Shown here: positions 41,877 to 51,373 of the stretch, one piece after another
Layout: every line of letters begins with the position of its first letter
Numbering within the stretch: the first letter of the stretch is position 1
IMG/VR virus record: IMGVR_UViG_3300017780_003104
Location: 147,725 to 211,724 of that record
DNA length: 64,000 nucleotides
Reading direction: 5' to 3' (one strand)
DNA from: a virus
Taxonomy: Duplodnaviria > Caudoviricetes
Program-made: the position numbers and the translations under genes
Notes under the pieces: model-generated
The model's input: only the letters and a program-made list of their open reading frames with translations
Database searches by the model: none
Told to the model about the DNA's origin: nothing

Positions 41877-41961
41877 CGGAAGATGTTAGGATCGAACTAA
41901 CGCCACCTTTCGGTGGGACTCTGTTTAGCAAACAGGCAGATTACCACTCTCTCAATCTTCC
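41877..41961 (-). tRNA. tRNA-Ser(GCT)
   Basis: loop TTGCTAA, long variable arm. Confidence 0.9.
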
Positions 41962-42402
41962 TTAATTCATTTCCCACACACCGGATTCATTTTTCATATA
42001 GTATCCCTCGGCATGAGATATATTTAAAGTTTTATATGGTATTCCTATATCACCAGTTTTTTGATACATCTTCCCATCTTTAATCACAACACCTTCAACT
42101 GCACCGAAAGGATTCGGAAATAATACATTTGGAACCATTTCTATATCCCCCAACTTATATCTAACTTGTGGTATGAAAAACTTAAAAAATCCATTATCAA
42201 TAATACCAGCTTTTAACCATTCAAATAATAAAGTTTCATATTCTTCCAACTTTAAGGAAACGTATTCCTTTTTATCTTCTGGGGTTTCTTCTATATGTTG
42301 ACTGGAGAAATCTACAACAGGTTTCCAATATTCAATTGCTTCTTCTTTGGTTCTGATAATTTTATTATCTCCAGTGTAATCACTAATAGGTCTTTGGTAT
42401 TC
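41962..42402 (-). CDS. hypothetical protein
   Basis: MNKEYQRP.. downstream of tRNA-Val; start approximate. Confidence 0.55.
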   Translation of the reverse strand, partial: EYQRPISDYTGDNKIIRTKEEAIEYWKPVVDFSSQHIEETPEDKKEYVSLKLEEYETLLFEWLKAGIIDNGFFKFFIPQVRYKLGDIEMVPNVLFPNPFGAVEGVVIKDGKMYQKTGDIGIPYKTLNISHAEGYYMKNESGVWEMN

Positions 42403-42420
42403 TTTATTCATAATTTTATT

Positions 42421-42495
42421 TGGTGGGAATGGAGAATTTTGCAATCTCAACCTTCTGAATGTAAATCAGTTGCTCCACTTTTGAGCTACACTCCC
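42421..42495 (-). tRNA. tRNA-Val(TAC), non-canonical T-loop
   Basis: ctga-TTTACAT-tcag; T-loop TGCAAAA; CCA. Confidence 0.85.
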
Positions 42496-43193
42496 TTAAA
42501 TTTTGTCCAATATCCTCTGGATGGTTTTGATATATTATGCTCTCTACAAAAATTCTTAACTGCTGTATCAGATACCCCCAACTGCTTAGATATCTTTGTA
42601 GTCGGGATTTTCCATATCAAATTTTCCATTTCTTCTTTAGAAGGCCATTTAATTTTATGTTTATCGTCACATAATTTACAATTAATAGAATCTTTTAGTT
42701 TTATATTACCACAACTACAGTAGTATGTTGGTTTTCTAATTTTTCTATTTCTTCCCGAATACGTTTCGGTTTGACTATGACAATTTGGACATAATAATCT
42801 TAAATTTGTTTTTCTATGATCTAAATTATTGCCGTTTGTATGATCTAAATGTAAGGTTATTGGTATACCATTCCAATCCGATATTTTACAAATTTCACAT
42901 ACGTATTCTCTCTCTAATAATAATCTTTCCTTTGCTGTTTTTCTATCTGTATATTTTCCACACTCTACAAAAATCTCATCATCACACCTCTTCGGTTTAT
43001 ATTCTTTAAATTGTTCTTTATTACTCTCGAATTTCTCTACATCTAACGATTTCATTCTATCTAGTAGACGACTGGAAAGATATCCACCATTGGATTTGTA
43101 ACCTATGGCAAATATTATCTGCGTTAATGATGATTTTGTGTCGAGTAAATTTTGAAGACTTACATCTGAGATTGTTTGTAAATTTTGAGTCAT
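42486..43193 (-). mobile_element. HNH homing endonuclease
   Basis: CEIC..LHLDHTNGNN..NLRLLCPNCHSQT; C-terminal HTH; last codons overlap tRNA-Val. Confidence 0.9.
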
Positions 43194-43230
43194 ACTATTA
43201 TTTAGTATAACGGTGATATTTTATTCAGTA

Positions 43231-43272
43231 TTCGATTCAAATCTAAGGCACTACCATTATGCAATTCTCCCA
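43231..43272 (-). pseudogene. 5' half of a tRNA-Gln(TTG)-like gene
   Basis: tgggagaattgcataatggtagtgccttagatttgaatc, no T-arm; just upstream of HNH. Confidence 0.6.
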
Positions 43273-43762
43273 TTATTTTAACCTAACCCTTTTATTCCAC
43301 CGGAAGAAATTCCTTTCTCATACCAATCCTTTGCAGCACCAGAGTAGTAACTTATTTTACCACAAGCATCACACTTGATTCTATGTAAATCCATATCATT
43401 TTCCCAAGATACCCAATTTTTTTCATACTCATCTTCGTCCTCTCCAGTGTAAGGATTGTTATATGTGACAACATTCCATTCCCACTCTCCATGTTCACAT
43501 TCGTCATCGTTCATATATCAGATGCTTGTCTTTGTTTTTTATACAGTTGAGATTGAAAGTCTGCTTCTTCGTGTCCCATTTTACCATCAGACACACCCAT
43601 AACTTCCCAACCATCTTGCCAAGAACCATCGTCAAGTTTAATCTTAATAAACTTTCCAACGTTTGCAAATGATTCGGGAATCCATGCCATGTGATTAGAA
43701 TCAATTCTTTTCAATGCACATTGTCTATAATTCGTATTTTTCTTTTTCATAATTTTAAATTC

Positions 43763-43849
43763 TGGCGGGTGGTGAAGGTAACGCTCCCTCTCCGCTCATC
43801 ACGGAGGCCAAGTTTTCAAGACTTGTTTGTGACTTTCACACCACCACCC
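43763..43849 (-). tRNA. tRNA-Ser(TGA), atypical D- and T-loops
   Basis: caagt-CTTGAAA-acttg; variable arm; T-loop AGCGTTA; tiny D-loop; G73+CCA. Confidence 0.8.
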
Positions 43850-43863
43850 ATTTATTTTATATG

Positions 43864-43936
43864 TAGAGGGAGAGGTATTCGAAACCTCTCTGGAAAGATC
43901 AAAACTTTCAGTGCTAGACCATTACACTACCCCTCA
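43864..43936 (-). tRNA. tRNA-Gln(TTG)
   Basis: gaaag-TTTTGAT-ctttc. Confidence 0.88.
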
Positions 43937-44552
43937 ATTTATTTCACTATAATATGTTGTTCTACTACATTTTACTTCTTTTTCCCTTCCACACCACCAA
44001 CAACCAGTTCCAAGTCCATGACACTTACTAGTATTCCTAATAAATTTAACTGGAACATTATGAATCACACAACACCACTTAGGTAATATATGTCGTTCTG
44101 ATGCGGCTTGTGGATTGTTCATATGGAAGAAATTATCCCAATCAGACTTAAATTGTTTCATCTACTACTATTTTACATGGATCATTTGGATGGTCTTCGT
44201 AAAGATGAACCAATTGATTAACAGCTATAAAGTCAGTATCTATATATGCATCATGTAAATGCTTAAAAGCTTCTAATAATTCTTTCTTATCTTTCTCAGT
44301 TTTAGCTATTACTTTAAACTTTACCCAAGGAAATTTGGGATCATTCATGTCCCTACTTTGTCTACTGTATCTTTTCATTCTATAACTCCTTCTTCTTTTA
44401 ATGCCTGTCGCAATCTGGCACCGGACTCCCTCGCTCTTTTAGCTATCTCATTGTAATCTTCAATTTCATCCTTTGGAACATAAACCCTTACAGGATCACC
44501 ATTCATATCTCTCAAACATTCCAAATCTGTATACATATATTCTTTCATAATG

Positions 44553-44625
44553 CGGAACGTAGGGTATTTGAAACCCTCCTAACGGATTGACAATCCGATG
44601 TGCTAGACCACTACACTAACATTCC
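44553..44625 (-). tRNA. tRNA-Asp(GTC)
   Basis: loop TTGTCAA. Confidence 0.9.
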
Positions 44626-44881
44626 TTTTAATTTTTCATCTATTTCCAACTCACCATCTTCAATCATATCCAAAGCTAATTGATATTGGATTTCAATCTC
44701 CACACCGACTTGCAACCAAAAATCTTCGGTCATATAATCTTTTCGATAGAGATAAAAATCAACAAGATTATACCAAAAATCCGCTAATTCAGTTCCTTCG
44801 TATGGACCAATTTCTTCTAATACTTCTGATTTTTCTCTTGTTGTCATGCTTTATTATATCTCGATTTTAATAAATGTCAAG

Positions 44882-44953
44882 TCCACCCTGTTGCGTTCGA
44901 ATCAACTTAGTCCCGTCTTCAGCGGGTTGCATTACCATATATGCTAAGGGTGG
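44882..44953 (-). tRNA. tRNA-Phe(GAA)
   Basis: cccg-CTGAAGA-cggg. Confidence 0.85.
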
Positions 44954-44958
44954 TTATG

Positions 44959-45031
44959 TAGCTGGATTCGGATTCGAACCGAAACTGATATCGTTCTAAG
45001 CGATATGACTCTACCGTTGGTCTACCCAGCC
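44959..45031 (-). tRNA. tRNA-Leu(TAG) with short variable loop
   Basis: tatcg-CTTAGAA-cgata; 5-nt variable loop. Confidence 0.85.
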
Positions 45032-45265
45032 TTTATATTAATATCCCATTCTCTTTGCAGAAGTTAATAGTTTACCTAATATCTCTCGATCTATTTCTTC
45101 TTGAATATCTATACACATCATCGACATCAAATCACTTTCACAATCGTATGTCCACTTAGCTTTTAATTTACGAGGCTTACAATCAATGTAAGTTGATTTG
45201 ATTGGAATAAATGGTAAACCAATAAACCCAACTAAGCTTCCTATAAATCCTCTTCTTTTCATATG

Positions 45266-45338
45266 TGGAGGTATGGGGACTCGAACCCCAAACATTTGCC
45301 TTGCAAAGACAACGCTCTACCAATTGAGCTATACCCCC
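45266..45338 (-). tRNA. tRNA-Ala(TGC)
   Basis: loop TTTGCAA; G3.U70. Confidence 0.92.
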
Positions 45339-45348
45339 TTTAATTTTG

Positions 45349-45421
45349 TGGGAAATGGGGGAATCGAACCCACCGTCTCACGGGCCGTAACCGAGTGTTC
45401 TATCCATTATACTAATCTCCC
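45349..45421 (-). tRNA. tRNA-Arg(ACG)
   Basis: loop TTACGGC. Confidence 0.85.
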
Positions 45422-45425
45422 TATG

Positions 45426-45497
45426 TTGTCCCGGATGGATTCGAACCATCGATCTCTCACTTATCAGGCGAGTGCATTACCGCTTTGCTACAGGACA
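45426..45497 (-). tRNA. tRNA-Ile(GAT)
   Basis: ctcgc-CTGATAA-gtgag. Confidence 0.9.
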
Positions 45498-45583
45498 ATT
45501 AATCCATCTTCTATTTCCCAATGACAATTAGCAACAATAATATAAATGTTGTTATTATGTAATCAAGATATATCATAAATATG

Positions 45584-45654
45584 AGCCGACACCCAGAATC
45601 GAACTGAGATTCCCAAATTACAAATTTGGCACTTTACCGTTAAGTTATGAAGGC
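45584..45654 (-). tRNA. tRNA-Thr(TGT), mismatched acceptor stem
   Basis: ccaaa-TTTGTAA-tttgg; two acceptor mismatches. Confidence 0.75.
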
Positions 45655-45682
45655 TGGGTTATAAGTTATGAAGGCTGGGTTA
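45641..45682. repeat. 21-bp tandem duplication
   Basis: taagttatgaaggctgggtta x2, overlapping the tRNA-Thr 5' end. Confidence 0.9.
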
Positions 45683-46123
45683 TAAATTATCTCGTTGTTT
45701 TCTAATGTTTTCTAATTTTCTTAAAAGATTATTTTCTTGAGTTTTAAGTGATTTTGATCTCTTTAATTTCTCCATTATTATGCCATCTTCTTTAGCTTTC
45801 TTGGAAAGCTCCAACCACTCGTTATACTGTTTTAATCTTTTTTGATAATCCTTTTCAAAAGCGTCCAATTCTTTTTGTGTTCGTGGAACCTCCAAAATGA
45901 TTTCACATTTTGGATCTCCATAATCTTCCACCAGATATAATACGGTATCTTCTGGTTTACCATTATGATCATTGACCCATTCCAATATATCTGATAATGT
46001 GGTGGTATTATAATTAAACACATCCATAGAATATCTATTATGAGTTCCTATAGAATACCTGATTGGTGAAGGGTACTTCACCAATTTACCCCTACTGAAT
46101 TTTATTGGATATAGTGTTTCCAT
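45680..46123 (-). CDS. hypothetical protein
   Basis: 147-aa ORF. Confidence 0.6.
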   Translation of the reverse strand: METLYPIKFSRGKLVKYPSPIRYSIGTHNRYSMDVFNYNTTTLSDILEWVNDHNGKPEDTVLYLVEDYGDPKCEIILEVPRTQKELDAFEKDYQKRLKQYNEWLELSKKAKEDGIIMEKLKRSKSLKTQENNLLRKLENIRKQRDNL

Positions 46124-46124
46124 A

Positions 46125-46583
46125 TTAAAAATATCTATTTACAGTGTTGGTGAAAATTTTAGAAAGTTGGGGAGATATTCCGAATCGTCCTTCATTATGC
46201 TCAATTGATTTATGAATGTTACCATTCTTGTTTCTTTTTGTTGCCGCTGCCCAATCCGATAACATTTCAACCAAATCCAATAGATCCATATCTTCAATTC
46301 CATTCGGCCAATGTTCAGGATGGTGAGTATTTTTAGCATAGTGATGATCTATGGCGGGTTTAACTTCTAGAAGAAGTTTAGAATATTCATCAGTCCCATA
46401 TTCAGTCTTAGCCAACTTTGGTGTGTTCTGTGCAAATACACTTCTTTCTGGTTCTTCAAATTTGGATGCATCGTGAACTTGCGCTCTTTCATCCAAGTTA
46501 TGTATTAGTTTCCACATATTGGATCGGACTTCATTAATATGTTTTAATGTTTCCGCATGGTGTAGTATCAGTTCTTCATTCAT
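46125..46583 (-). CDS. DUF5662-family HD-like protein
   Basis: HDASKF, HHYAKNTHHPEHW, VEMLSDW.AA. Confidence 0.8.
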   Translation of the reverse strand: MNEELILHHAETLKHINEVRSNMWKLIHNLDERAQVHDASKFEEPERSVFAQNTPKLAKTEYGTDEYSKLLLEVKPAIDHHYAKNTHHPEHWPNGIEDMDLLDLVEMLSDWAAATKRNKNGNIHKSIEHNEGRFGISPQLSKIFTNTVNRYF

Positions 46584-46608
46584 AGTTTATCTTTTCGTTT
46601 TCTAATTT

Positions 46609-46682
46609 TGGTACGGGATATCAGAATCGAACTGATGTGTTCTGAGTGGAAGTCAGACATTTTACCATTAAATTAATCCCGC
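46609..46682 (-). tRNA. tRNA-Gly(TCC)
   Basis: tctga-CTTCCAC-tcaga; CCA. Confidence 0.92.
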
Positions 46683-47231
46683 GTTATATCAACCAAGAAG
46701 GGTCATTGTACATTAGCCCCAACCATTCCACATTATGTATAACCCTTTCCAAATTTGATTACACGTATTTGATTGATATGTTTTATTCTATACTATGTGC
46801 GCCCATAGTCAAGCTAAGAATCGAGCCTTTTCCCTCACGGGCATGGATTGCGTTCATACTGCGATACTGTTATAGGATTCACGAAGTTACCTTCAACCAC
46901 CCCCCACCCATTAGAAGGGGACACGAACATGTTTATATTATATAAAAGTTTTGATTGTCGGTGATTGTGGTTTCGGTATTATAGTGAATTTGATTTCCAT
47001 ATCAATATCACAATCAACAGGTAGATAAAACCCATTATATGATGTCATTCGAATATCGAATTCAACATCGCCATCTCTTACGAAGAAATCTTCTTTGGTT
47101 TCAGGTCTACTCACATTATATTGTCTTTCTCCGAAATAAGTTCCCAAAGAAGGTATTTCCCTATTACACTGTGTTACTACTACTTTCATATGTTTGTATT
47201 TTGCAAGTTATTTAAAATTGTCAAGAAAATA

Positions 47232-47305
47232 TCCGCGAGGCAGAAATCGAATCTGCGTATATGGAGTCACAATCCATGTCTTTTTCCAATTAAAGATACT
47301 CTCGG
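47232..47305 (-). tRNA. tRNA-His(GTG), no encoded G-1, A73
   Basis: atgga-TTGTGAC-tccat; base at -1 is A. Confidence 0.88.
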
Positions 47306-47308
47306 TTT

Positions 47309-47383
47309 TGGTGGGTTGGGGGAGATTCGAACTCCCGACTTAGTGATTAAAAGTCACTCATTCTACCACTGAATTACCAACCC
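47309..47383 (-). tRNA. tRNA-Lys(TTT)
   Basis: agtga-CTTTTAA-tcact; CCA. Confidence 0.93.
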
Positions 47384-47991
47384 ATAACACCTTCCGAATT
47401 ACGCTTCATAAAACAGTATTAAATTTATGATCACTTAATTTAATACCTACAATTTAGAGAGGCGCGGAAGGTTGAATCATTATAGTTCGGTTTTAATCAT
47501 AAGGAATGTCTTTATAATGGTTATTGTAAAGTTCCTCATTAATTAACACCATGATACCTTTAGCCATTCTTATGTATTCATCTTGAGCAACTGAATACGG
47601 ATCACTATAATTTCTCTTTCGTTGCAGATTATTCCACATACGTTCCATCTGTTCATTCCATTCAGGTTCTTCTTCATGGAACATATAAAGTGTCTTTGCG
47701 ACATGTAGTATATTATCATTCATATGCGTATTGTAGTTCGGTTTTAATTACTTTTTATCAAAATCCCAAGTTATGTGAATACAACTTTCTTCATAATTAT
47801 AGAAATAATTAAAAGTTGTATCTGCATATTTTCCAAAAATAATTTCTGTTCCTTTTTTATTATATCTTCCACGAGAAATCAAAACATCACCAGACTTGAG
47901 ATCTGTTATTCTATTACTTTTCTCCATGAAGTCCATAAACCTGTCATAATCATCACCTATCATATGTGCATTATAGTTCGGTTTTAATTAA

Positions 47992-48167
47992 TGGCCTATT
48001 TGGTAGGGATCTAACCTACATTTTCCTTTACGGGTGGCACTTATCGACATACCAATCTTCAATATCATACCACAATTTTGTAATCGGGTTTCATATCTAG
48101 GTGTCGTTTCATGTTATTCCACTGGTGCTAAAATCACCAACGTTTTTTCTGTTAATACTACGAATAG
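47992..48167 (-). ncRNA. 176-nt tRNA-like RNA ending in GCCA
   Basis: acceptor ctattcg/caaatag, T-arm gtagg-TTAGATC-cctac, stem tggtg-ATTTTAG-cacca, ~100-nt insert. Confidence 0.7.
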
Positions 48168-48171
48168 TTTA

Positions 48172-48251
48172 TGGTCTGGTCGGTAGGATTTGAACCTACG
48201 TTGTTCCAACTTCCAAAGTTGGCGTGTTAAACCATGCTCCACCACGACCAG
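48172..48251 (-). tRNA. tRNA-Pro(TGG)
   Basis: ccaac-TTTGGAA-gttgg; CCA. Confidence 0.92.
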
Positions 48252-48265
48252 TTAAATTAATCATG

Positions 48266-48355
48266 CACCACAGGTAGGGCTTGAACCTACATAACCCGAT
48301 AAAGGGTATACGTCGAATTAACAGTTCGATCTCTTGCCAATTAGAGTACCGTGGT
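48266..48355 (-). tRNA. tRNA-Asn(GTT) with long variable arm
   Basis: tcgaa-CTGTTAA-ttcga; ~22-nt variable arm. Confidence 0.85.
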
Positions 48356-48435
48356 TTTGTGCGCGTTTTATTTTTATTCTCTTTGGACTTATCACGCTTT
48401 TGTTATCCAAATCAGTTGGGTGCTACCCAACATCG

Positions 48436-48508
48436 TGCCTCGTATGGGAATTGCACCCATGTAAAAAGAGATTTAGAGTCTCTCGCCTAACTACTCGGCC
48501 AACGAAGC
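48436..48508 (-). tRNA. amber suppressor tRNA (CTA anticodon)
   Basis: agaga-CTCTAAA-tctct; full cloverleaf; T-loop TGCAATT. Confidence 0.85.
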
Positions 48509-48546
48509 TTTAGCTATCCCGAAGGATAACTCGGTTTTAATTAATG

Positions 48547-48954
48547 TCAAGCACTAACTTCAACCACATTGAACCATTGTTCGACTTCTTCATCAAAAGT
48601 CTTACCATAACCTAGTCCACCAAATTTCGTAGCCAACCTCTTTACCTCTTTTTTAATTTGGTCCATCTTGTAGATATCAGTATATGTCTTGGATTCAATA
48701 ACTTTGTAAGGAACTCCCCTTAGAAATCCATAAGCAAGTTGTGCTGCTCTCGCCGAATTTCTCACCTCTACAGTTCTATGAGATCTTAATTGTCTCCAAT
48801 CAGAAGAATTCTTATCTGGAATATCCTTCCAGCAATTATTCACATGATCATACCTTGTGGGTATAGGCATTATCTTCTGTTTGGATTTGATCTTAGTCTC
48901 TTCAAGTCGAATATATTTCGCCTCTTGAGCTAGTTCCTTTACTCTTACACGCAA
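48547..48954 (-). CDS. conserved phage hypothetical protein
   Basis: LAQEAKYIR..HRTVEVR..RAAQLAYGFLRG.PY. Confidence 0.7.
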   Translation of the reverse strand: MRVRVKELAQEAKYIRLEETKIKSKQKIMPIPTRYDHVNNCWKDIPDKNSSDWRQLRSHRTVEVRNSARAAQLAYGFLRGVPYKVIESKTYTDIYKMDQIKKEVKRLATKFGGLGYGKTFDEEVEQWFNVVEVSA

Positions 48955-49247
48955 TCCACGAAGGAATGCACCGTCTTTACATGCGCCTGTTGTGGCAGAC
49001 GCTACCTATGTGTTTTTCATAACAACAATCTTATTTATTCTTTTGGAAAAGCTATTTCAGCTTCACTCATTAGAATTTCGCAAAAATCATGAACTTCACT
49101 CTTACTCATGAAGTATAAACGATTATTCCCACTTATGATATGTAAATGTAAAGTGGGTTTTTGTGTCGCAGAACATTTATGATAGTCCACTTCAAAATCC
49201 TCATTGTCTTCGTTTGTATATATTACACTCTTTTTCATAATTTTATT

Positions 49248-49333
49248 TGGTGCGAATGGAAGGATTCGAACCTTCGTACTCTTACGAGAGCAGATTTACA
49301 GTCTGCCGCCTTTAACCACTCGGCCACACTCGC
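49248..49333 (-). tRNA. tRNA-Tyr(GTA)
   Basis: gcaga-CTGTAAA-tctgc; CCA. Confidence 0.93.
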
Positions 49334-49348
49334 TAATTTAATAAGCCA

Positions 49349-49675
49349 TTATCGATTATCCCCCGATCCACTTATCATATTTCTTTCTTTCCTAGAAGCT
49401 AATTTATCCAAGTTCATTTGTAGAACTTCTTCCATTGTATATCCAAGATCCCTACAAAGGGCAGCAATATACCATGCAACATCACCAATCTCTTTAGCTA
49501 GTTCTAATTTAATCTCATCACTAAATTCGCTATTCTTATCTCTAAGAACTTTCTTAACCTTATCTGCTACTTCTCCTGCTTCACCACAAAGTCCTAGAGT
49601 TGGATAAATTATATTAGATCCTGCTCCATAGATTGCGGTTTCAACTGCTTTATTTTGGTATTCGTTTATTGTCAT
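49349..49675 (-). CDS. MazG-like nucleotide pyrophosphohydrolase
   Basis: LGLCGEAGEVADKVKK..KEIGDVAWY..NLDKLASR. Confidence 0.9.
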   Translation of the reverse strand: MTINEYQNKAVETAIYGAGSNIIYPTLGLCGEAGEVADKVKKVLRDKNSEFSDEIKLELAKEIGDVAWYIAALCRDLGYTMEEVLQMNLDKLASRKERNMISGSGDNR

Positions 49676-50005
49676 ATTTTTAATCTTTTGTGAAGGGTAA
49701 ATATTCCCCGTTCCACGCTTTAATTTTAAAGTCTTTAATTAGATGATTGAACTCTTTAACTAACTCTTCTATGGGAGTATCATTCAGTTCTTCACAATCA
49801 TTTTTCATCATCGTCATTATCTCTACAGCCATTTCTTCCTTTGTCAACTCTGGACCTTTAAATGGGTTAGTATCAGGACTACGATATGTTAAATCGTCTA
49901 GCAATTCTAAATTAAAGGATGTTATTTTTTCACCATCTTTAAAGATAGCGAGTCTACACCCAAAAGTTATCGGGTCTGGTATTATTTTAATTTCAATCAT
50001 AATTT

Positions 50006-50079
50006 TGGTGCGGTCAAAGGTAATCGAAACCTTTATGATTCATTTTACGGACAAATCATAATCCCATCGTTAACGAGCA
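50006..50079 (-). pseudogene. degenerate tRNA-like element with T-arm and CCA
   Basis: aaggt-TTCGATT-acctt-tgaccgc-a-CCA; poor acceptor pairing; no clear anticodon. Confidence 0.5.
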
Positions 50080-50083
50080 TATG

Positions 50084-50156
50084 TAGGAATAGTCAGAGTC
50101 GAACTGACGATTTTCGGCGTATGATGCCGCTGCCTTAACCACTTAGCTATACTCCA
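50084..50156 (-). tRNA. tRNA-Met/Ile(CAT)
   Basis: loop ATCATAC; 1:72 mismatch. Confidence 0.8.
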
Positions 50157-50219
50157 GTTATGGCCGAACTCTATATCATCCTTTTATAATCTTAAAGTAA
50201 GATAGCCATTTTATTTCTG

Positions 50220-50294
50220 TTGCAGGAGTGGGATTCAAACCCACATTCTACTGGTTATGAGCCAGTGGTCTTATCAATCGACAGTCACCCCGCG
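50220..50294 (-). tRNA. tRNA-fMet-like (CAT)
   Basis: CGCGGGG start, C1.A72; actgg-CTCATAA-ccagt. Confidence 0.82.
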
Positions 50295-50359
50295 CTTAAA
50301 TTTGGCCTGCGCCTATATAAATATAGGTATGAAAACAAGTTCATATTAAGCAGATTATG

Positions 50360-50432
50360 TCGCAAACCTTGGAGTTGCACCAAGCTCACCCGCCTTAAGC
50401 GACAGGTATGGTCCATCGACCAATTGTTTGCA
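50360..50432 (-). tRNA. atypical tRNA (CTT or TTA anticodon, extended anticodon stem)
   Basis: tgcaaac/gtttgcg; D tggtc-gatg-gacca; acctgtc-gcttaa-ggcgggt; T cttgg-TGCAACT-ccaag. Confidence 0.55.
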
Positions 50433-50438
50433 TATTTA

Positions 50439-51314
50439 TTATGATTTTATTCTTGTTTTAGGATCTATATTAAATGATAGACAACGTTTTCTAACAGCAT
50501 TATCTGAAACTCCAAATATCTCACCAGCCCTTATAAAGGAGAGTCTATCATGACAGATAAGTTTTGTCAACTCTGTTTCTGTCGGATCGAACTTTTTAAA
50601 TTTCTGATTGGTTAATTTCGAGGCGCATGATACACATCTGATACTATTTGAAGTTATTATTTTATTACAATCCAAACACTTAGATTTATCCTTAATTTTT
50701 CTATTACCCATACAAAATGTTTCGGTTTGACTGTGGCAATTCGGACATAGAAATCTCAAATTATCAATTTTATTATTATTACAGTTACCGTCAATGTGGT
50801 CTAAATGAAGAGTTAATGGTGAATTATTCCAAAGTCTGCCATGTTTACATATATCACAGTTATCATTCGGTATCAAATTAAACTTTATCAAAAGTTTTTT
50901 ATCAGGTTTTACTAATTCACCGCTTTCTAATTTTTCTAAGTAAGTATCTTTGGTATGTCTAGTCAAGTCCTTACCTTTGTTGGAACTTATACCTAATTGT
51001 ATATGCGAATAATCAATTTCCTCTTCATTTAATCTTTTCTTTAAGGGTTTATATAGAGCAGAATTTAAATGCTCAACATATCCTAATTTCCTTAATATTT
51101 CCGCTAAGGATTCGGAGTTCTTAGTTATGTCTGTCAACTCTTCCTTTGTTATTTTCCAAACTATTGATTTTCTTTTTGACTTAGCTGAGTTAGTTTTTAA
51201 CTCAAATTTCTTCAACCAATAAACCACAGATGAATTGGATAAATTTAATTCTTTCCCAATTTGGGATTGAGTATAATTCTTATCAATCAACGATATTAGT
51301 ATTTCTTTTGTCAT
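50439..51314 (-). mobile_element. HNH homing endonuclease (paralogue of 42486-43193)
   Basis: LHLDHIDGN..NLRFLCPNCHSQT; ATG at 51314. Confidence 0.9.
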
Positions 51315-51373
51315 ATAGTTATTTAGCTGACAAGTATCAGTTTGCAACTATTTATCCTATCTTTATACTATAG

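Noticed and set aside
45641-45682. 21-bp tandem duplication as a functional element
   Set aside because: A simple slippage duplication (or assembly artefact) at the tRNA-Thr 5' end; no further copies.
50161-50207. Mini tRNA-like hairpin ending in GCCA on the minus strand
   Set aside because: No T-arm or consistent stems.
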